Assembly: GCA_963775465.1 (NCBI GenBank)
Contig: CAVZIW010000002.1
Coordinates: 32,001 to 96,000 of the forward strand
Reading direction: 5' to 3'
DNA length: 64,000 nt
From: Candidatus Bathyarchaeota archaeon
GTDB taxonomy: Archaea > Thermoproteota > Bathyarchaeia > Bathyarchaeales > Bathycorpusculaceae
The notes under the pieces were generated by a model that was given only the letters and a program-made list of their open reading frames with translations, did no database searches and was not told where the DNA came from. Positions 59,357-64,000 of the stretch are shown in pieces (positions within the stretch are counted from its first letter, which is position 1; every line of letters starts with the position of its first letter). The position numbers and the translations under genes are program-made.

Positions 59357-59655
59357 CAAGAATGCTTACTAAAGAATACGAGGATGCAGGTTTAGACGTT
59401 TCAAATAAAACTCTATGGCTCTTGTTTTTGGGCATAACTTTAGTTTTTGTGGGAATATTCGTTATTGTTGTTGCCTCAGTGGCTTTCGAAGGGTCAGGAA
59501 GCGTGGGAGGTGTTATTCTGATCGGTCCCATCCCCATTGTTTTTGGAGCTGGCCCCGATCCTGGACTACTTGTTGCCGTTGGAATAGTAATTACAATAAT
59601 TAGTGTCGTCTTATTTTTGGTTTTCAACAAACGTATGAAGAGAAAAAACGATTAA
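59341..59655 (+). CDS. DUF131 membrane protein (tandem paralogue)
   Basis: GGVILIGPIPIVFG motif; start uncertain. Confidence 0.8.
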   Translation: MVDEVARMLTKEYEDAGLDVSNKTLWLLFLGITLVFVGIFVIVVASVAFEGSGSVGGVILIGPIPIVFGAGPDPGLLVAVGIVITIISVVLFLVFNKRMKRKND

Positions 59656-59662
59656 TTTTTAC

Positions 59663-59785
59663 TTATTCGTTGTCTTGATCTTCATCTCTGCCAAAATAGG
59701 CATACATGAATATTAGGATTAGAGCAATAAAAATTGAACCCATCAAGATATACTGCAATGTTACGAAGTATGCGCCTAAATCCAT
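59663..59785 (-). CDS. Small single-TM protein (40 aa), absent from the ORF track
   Basis: MDLGAYFVTLQYILMGSIFIALILIFMYAYFGRDEDQDNE*; purine-rich AAGGGG upstream. Confidence 0.55.
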   Translation of the reverse strand: MDLGAYFVTLQYILMGSIFIALILIFMYAYFGRDEDQDNE

Positions 59786-59830
59786 AGAGATTCCCCTTGC
59801 ATTTTACTCTACACTTGTAACTCTTCATAT

Positions 59831-60244
59831 TTAAGTAGTAGCTTTTTTCCACTCATCCATTAGCATACCAAAACATTCATCGCTTTCCTCAAAACCCTCG
59901 AACCAGCCAAGGTTCTGCGCCATCTTCTGCGTCAATAAATGATAACACATGTGAACTCTCTTATCCAAAACCCGAAAATAGAAGTCGTCACATGTGCAAA
60001 ATTCAGCTTCAGGCATAATCAAATAATCACGCTCCCGACCAACAACAATCCAAACTGTTCTACCGCTAGGTTTGAAAACGTATTTTTTTACTCTGCCTTC
60101 TTTTAGGGCTTCTAACGCTTTGGTGAAACGTTGCCCAAAGAGTTCGTAGAGTTCGGTGAGGTTTTCACCTGACAGTTTCCCAACTGCTTTTGCTTCTCTA
60201 CATACAGCGTTTAGGGTGTCGATTTCTGATTTTCCACTCATCAT
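59831..60244 (-). CDS. SWIM zinc-finger protein
   Basis: FCTCDDF...CYH SWIM motif and the archaeal W.VVG...Y pattern. Confidence 0.82.
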   Translation of the reverse strand: MMSGKSEIDTLNAVCREAKAVGKLSGENLTELYELFGQRFTKALEALKEGRVKKYVFKPSGRTVWIVVGRERDYLIMPEAEFCTCDDFYFRVLDKRVHMCYHLLTQKMAQNLGWFEGFEESDECFGMLMDEWKKATT

Positions 60245-60283
60245 GACACTATCTACTGTGAATTAAGGGAACAATAGAGACGT

Positions 60284-60877
60284 TTATCCTATGTTGATTG
60301 GTTCGCCTTTAGGTTTTGACGCTTCTGATTTTGGAAGTACAACTTCTAGGACACCGTTTTTATAGCTCGAGTTCGCTTCTTTAACTTTTACTTTTACAGG
60401 TAACTTAACTTCTTTATAGTATTTGTATTGAGGGTTATCAACAGCAATTTCAAGTGAATCTTCCGTTCCTTGGAGTTTAATGTCACTTTTTTCAACTCCC
60501 GGAAGCTCAACAACAACATGGACATCGCTGTTTGTCTCAACGATGTCAACAAGAGGTTCCCGTTCTTCTTTTACTAGAGGAGTTCCTTTGAGTCCTTTCT
60601 TGATGTTTCCAAACTTTTGAATTTCAGGTTTACCATCTGATCCAATTTTCATGCTATAACCGTAAACAAACGGTCCAAGTTCCTTAACAGTGCTGCCGTC
60701 TGGAAGCTTGCGTTCCTTTACATATTCTTTTGGGACTTTTTGGGTAAATTTTTTCAGTTCTTCATCCATCATTTTCTCCATTTCATGAAACATTTCATCC
60801 ATATCTCCGAAGAATGGATCTTTTGATGGGCGACGCTTTCTGAACCATTCAGGGAAATCGTCATTATCTGAAGACAC
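60284..60877 (-). CDS. hsp20: Archaeal small heat-shock protein
   Basis: GPFVYGYS..IG.DGKP...FGN, REPLVDI, ELPGV.K.DI, YKNGVLEV; likely GTG start at 60877. Confidence 0.92.
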   Translation of the reverse strand: MSSDNDDFPEWFRKRRPSKDPFFGDMDEMFHEMEKMMDEELKKFTQKVPKEYVKERKLPDGSTVKELGPFVYGYSMKIGSDGKPEIQKFGNIKKGLKGTPLVKEEREPLVDIVETNSDVHVVVELPGVEKSDIKLQGTEDSLEIAVDNPQYKYYKEVKLPVKVKVKEANSSYKNGVLEVVLPKSEASKPKGEPINIG

Positions 60878-61140
60878 ACAAATCACCAAGGTATCATGGA
60901 TTTTTCAATCCAATAAATTTATTGTTACAACTAATAATAACTTCATGTAAATCTGCCCTGTCAATTTTCAATAGTTTATTGAATCAAAAAGAACTTCAAT
61001 TATGCACTTGAATAAACGGCTAATGCTTAGCGGCACAAAACTCTAAGTACATAAGCTAAAACTCAAGAAATATGGTTTAAAGGTTTAAATGAAGGAAAAT
61101 AAACTAAAATGGCATCGGCTTAAAAACCGGGAGGTAACGT

Positions 61141-61248
61141 GCCGGGGTAGCCTAGCCTGGCTAGGGCGCCAGACTCATAATCTGGAGAGTCACAGGGCCA
61201 AGCGCCTTAACCCAGAAGTCGCGGGCTCGAATCCCGCCCCCGGCACCA
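61141..61248 (+). tRNA. tRNA with CAT anticodon (elongator Met-like), 30-nt intron at position 45/46, encoded CCA
   Basis: Acceptor GCCGGGG/CCCCGGC-ACCA, anticodon arm CCAGA-CTCATAA-TCTGG, T arm GCGGG-CTCGAAT-CCCGC. Removing 61188-61217 restores the variable loop AGGTC. Confidence 0.92.
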
Positions 61249-61268
61249 TTTTTCTAAAACGCTCCTAT

Positions 61269-62015
61269 TCATAAAATAAGGTCTAGTTGACTCGAAACCC
61301 AGACGCTGTCCATTTTTAACAATCTATTCTTTTTAAGATTCTGCTTCATAACCCATGCGATGTTTTTGTCTTTTGTTCTAATCCACTTCTCAAACAACTT
61401 CTTGCCTCCCTCAGGATTAGCGGCAACGGCCACGCTCCAGCAATAAGCTAGTCCTTTTTTGAGTGCTTCGAAATCTTGGCTTCTCCTATTTTCTGACTTA
61501 GCAAAAGCTGTGGTTACCTGGTCGAGTATGTCCAAGGTTGAGGCTGCAACTTTTTCAGAAATCAGTAGCCTTGGTTCACAAAGTGCTGCTATTGCAGCTC
61601 TTTTTTCGTAGAGATTGCCCTTGCTCCACTTCGCTGTTTCTTCAAGGAGGACTTCGATGTCTGCGTCGCCGATCCTCTGAAGTGCCATCGCCACTGCCTC
61701 TCTGATTCTCCAGCGGGAATCCGAAGCGAACCGTCTAAGCCGGCTTAAATACTGCATTTTGCCTTCGTTAATCAAGGTTCCAAGTCCAACTACACCGCAG
61801 AAAGTCAAAAACATCCTTGCAGAGTTAACTGGTGCTTTTTCCTGTTCTATCGAGATGTAGCTTTGGATTTTTTCTTCGTTGCCAAGGTCCGCAAAAGCTT
61901 GAGCTAACTCCAAGTTTCCCCGAGGTCCAGGAAGCCCTGATTCTTTCTGGAGGTAACTATCCCAGTCATCAAGTGATCTTAGTTTCTCAGTGTAATAATC
62001 TATTTTGTTTACCAT
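61269..62015 (-). CDS. HEAT/ARM-repeat protein (AlkD-like fold possible)
   Basis: SGLPGPRGNLELA, ASDSRWRIREAVAMALQ, NLKKNRL helical-repeat pattern. Confidence 0.7.
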   Translation of the reverse strand: MVNKIDYYTEKLRSLDDWDSYLQKESGLPGPRGNLELAQAFADLGNEEKIQSYISIEQEKAPVNSARMFLTFCGVVGLGTLINEGKMQYLSRLRRFASDSRWRIREAVAMALQRIGDADIEVLLEETAKWSKGNLYEKRAAIAALCEPRLLISEKVAASTLDILDQVTTAFAKSENRRSQDFEALKKGLAYCWSVAVAANPEGGKKLFEKWIRTKDKNIAWVMKQNLKKNRLLKMDSVWVSSQLDLIL

Positions 62016-62119
62016 GATCCCTTCGACGAACTATACTATTGAATAATCGTTTTACGATTATAAATTATATGTTTGATCAATTCAGAAAAAGACCGATTAT
62101 CCTAAGAACAAAAACAATC

Positions 62120-62406
62120 AAAGTTTTCAGGATGGGTGCCAAAGTCACTCCAACATGTAGAGCTCAAGGTTGGACCTGCTCTGTCTTAGTAAATCCAATG
62201 TTTGTTTAGGGATTACTATTTTCCCATCTTTGCCCATTTTGTTAAAAAACTCCGAGAATCAGCACACCATACCCCGAGAAGACTTACAGTGAGTTCTAAA
62301 ATCTGATAACTCTCAAGCTTGAATCGCCACCGCACCATCTTTGGAACTTTCACACGCTTACTATCTGCAATCTCGCTTGAAACCTAACTCTCTCAGCTAA
62401 CGGCAC
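62120..62406 (-). pseudogene. Degraded tandem AbrB/SpoVT-like protein
   Basis: SD GAGGT + GTG. Fragments MPLAERVRFQARLQ / RVKVPKMVRWRFKLESYQILELTVS...SFLTK / MGKDGKIVIPKQTLDLL...MLE / VTLAP lie in different frames (about 3 frameshifts). Confidence 0.6.
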
Positions 62407-62633
62407 ACATCGTACCTCACACAACGCAAATTGACTCTTTCTATGACGTTCTGTGACGAATGCAGACGCAACCTGCAAACGCAACAAATCCTAAACCAAA
62501 GAAGCAAACTAAAAAAGCTTATTACAGAAACAAAAACCCCGTTGTTGTTTTATCAGAGAAAGTAAATTAGAATAAACATTTGATGGCAACAGTTTTTACC
62601 TTTATCACCAAATAACTCTAAGAGCAAAACAAC

Positions 62634-64000
62634 ATGAAAAACGAACCTGCCTGGTTTAGCCACTGGCCTACCGGAGTCCCAAAACACATAACCTACCCAA
62701 AGACTCCTCTGCAAAAAATCCTAACAAAAACCGCTGCAAACTACCCAAAAAAAAACGCCATAACCTACAATGAACGAGAAATCAGCTACTCCCAACTGGA
62801 AACACTCTCAAACAAATTTGCCAACTCAATGATCAAACTAGGAGTGAATAAAGGGGATAGAGTAGCTCTTTTCTTACCCAACATCCCCCAGTTCATTATT
62901 TCATATTTTGGCGCTCTTAAGGCAGGCGCAGTGGTTACAGCCATAAGTCCGCTACATCGAGAACGCGAAGTCGAGTACCAACTAGGAGATTCAGACGCAG
63001 AAACAATCGTAACATTAGATTCAACGTTGCCAATTATCAAAAATGTCAAACACAAAACCCAACTTAGAAACGTAATCACCACAAATCTGCAAGATTACAA
63101 CCCTCAACCAGCAACCTCTACGCCAACACTTAACACCCTATCCTTCAAAACCCTAATCGAGGAATCCTCAGAAAAAACCCCAAAAGTACAGCTAAATCCC
63201 GCCGAGGACTTAGCAGCTCTCCAATACACTGGCGGAACAACAGGAACATCCAAAGGCGCCATGCTCACCCACACAAACCTCCTTTCAAACGCCATAGCCT
63301 TCGCAGCTTGGATAAAAGGCACCCCCACCCAAGAAACATTCCTAACAGCCTTGCCACTATTCCACATATACGGCATGACAACAAGCATGACCGTCCCCAT
63401 CAGCTTAGCAGCAACAATAATCTTAATCCCCAAATTCGACCCCCAAAAAATCATGCAAACCATCCAGACCCAAAAGGTCACAGTTTTCTGCGGTGTCCCG
63501 ACAATGTACTCAACCCTAATCGCCAACCCAGAGCTTAAGAAATACGACCTAACCTCCATTCGAGTGTGCATTTCAGGCGCTTCCCCTTTGCCGCCTCAAG
63601 TACAAAAGCAATTCATCGAGGTCACAGGCGGTTTTCTTGCTGAAGGTTATGGATTAACAGAAGCCTCACCCGTTACGCATTGCACCCCTGTCGACAAGTC
63701 AATGCGCACAGTGAAGGTTGGCTCCATCGGATTGCCCCTACCCGACACAGAAGCTCAAATTATCGATTTAGAAACGGGCAAACCATTAAACGTTAACAAA
63801 GTAGGAGAACTCGCTGTTAAGGGACCACAAGTAATGAAAGGCTACTGGAACAAACCCAAAGAAACCTCTTTAGTAATGCATGAAGGTTGGCTGCTAACAG
63901 GTGACATTGCACGCATGGATTCAGACGGTTACTTCTACATCACTGACCGCAAAAAAGACCTTATAAAATACAAAGACTACAGCGTTTACCCCCGAGAAAT
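62634..64000 (+). CDS. fadD: Long-chain fatty acid-CoA ligase (runs off the 3' edge)
   Basis: MKNEPAWFSHWP.GVP, LQYTGGTTGTSKGAMLTH, EGYGLTEASP, GWLLTGDIA, ITDRKKDLI. Confidence 0.92.
   Translation, partial: MKNEPAWFSHWPTGVPKHITYPKTPLQKILTKTAANYPKKNAITYNEREISYSQLETLSNKFANSMIKLGVNKGDRVALFLPNIPQFIISYFGALKAGAVVTAISPLHREREVEYQLGDSDAETIVTLDSTLPIIKNVKHKTQLRNVITTNLQDYNPQPATSTPTLNTLSFKTLIEESSEKTPKVQLNPAEDLAALQYTGGTTGTSKGAMLTHTNLLSNAIAFAAWIKGTPTQETFLTALPLFHIYGMTTSMTVPISLAATIILIPKFDPQKIMQTIQTQKVTVFCGVPTMYSTLIANPELKKYDLTSIRVCISGASPLPPQVQKQFIEVTGGFLAEGYGLTEASPVTHCTPVDKSMRTVKVGSIGLPLPDTEAQIIDLETGKPLNVNKVGELAVKGPQVMKGYWNKPKETSLVMHEGWLLTGDIARMDSDGYFYITDRKKDLIKYKDYSVYPRE

Noticed and set aside
61089-61274. 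61-aa ORF in the track
   Set aside because: It overlaps the tRNA entirely and is spurious.
62129-62230. Apparent multi-stem ncRNA (GATGGG/CCCATC, TCCAAC/GTTGGA, TAGTAA/TTACTA)
   Set aside because: The stems are short and the region is better explained as the minus-strand AbrB-like pseudogene.
1-64000. CRISPR array, rRNA, transposase/integrase, and the many antisense ORFs in the track
   Set aside because: No regularly spaced repeats or mobile-element motifs were seen despite the Cas4-like domain. The antisense ORFs shadow well-supported genes.

Overview
Archaeal chromosomal window (most likely a Bathyarchaeia-like TACK archaeon; inferred from archaeal-type enzymes, TATA/BRE promoters, GGTGA-type Shine-Dalgarno sites, frequent TTG/GTG starts and a BHB tRNA intron). 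About 1-5 kb holds a Cas4/Dna2-like nuclease-SF1 helicase and an arrestin-like protein. About 5-41 kb is a large amino-acid biosynthesis supercluster: thr (thrC-hom-lysC), an ACT regulator, argGH-carAB, archaeal aspartate-semialdehyde-dependent homocysteine synthesis, the archaeal DKFP/ADH shikimate operon through tyrA, and cimA/leuA-like-ilvBN-leuCDB-leuA-pheA. About 41.6-50.6 kb is an accessory island centred on a heliorhodopsin, with fasciclin, TspO-like, SOUL, retinol-dehydrogenase-like SDR and ABC exporter genes. The rest is ilvD, housekeeping genes, an intron-containing tRNA(CAT), a pseudogene and a truncated acyl-CoA ligase. The most striking observation is missed by the ORF track. A 29-codon leader ORF with 4 Phe + 4 Tyr codons in 11 positions, followed by a hairpin with an alternative pairing, lies directly upstream of the aromatic operon. 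A weaker parallel leader ending V-Q-I-L lies upstream of ilvB. Together they suggest ribosome-mediated, amino-acid-sensing attenuation in an archaeon. All product calls come from motif recognition by eye; no searches were run.
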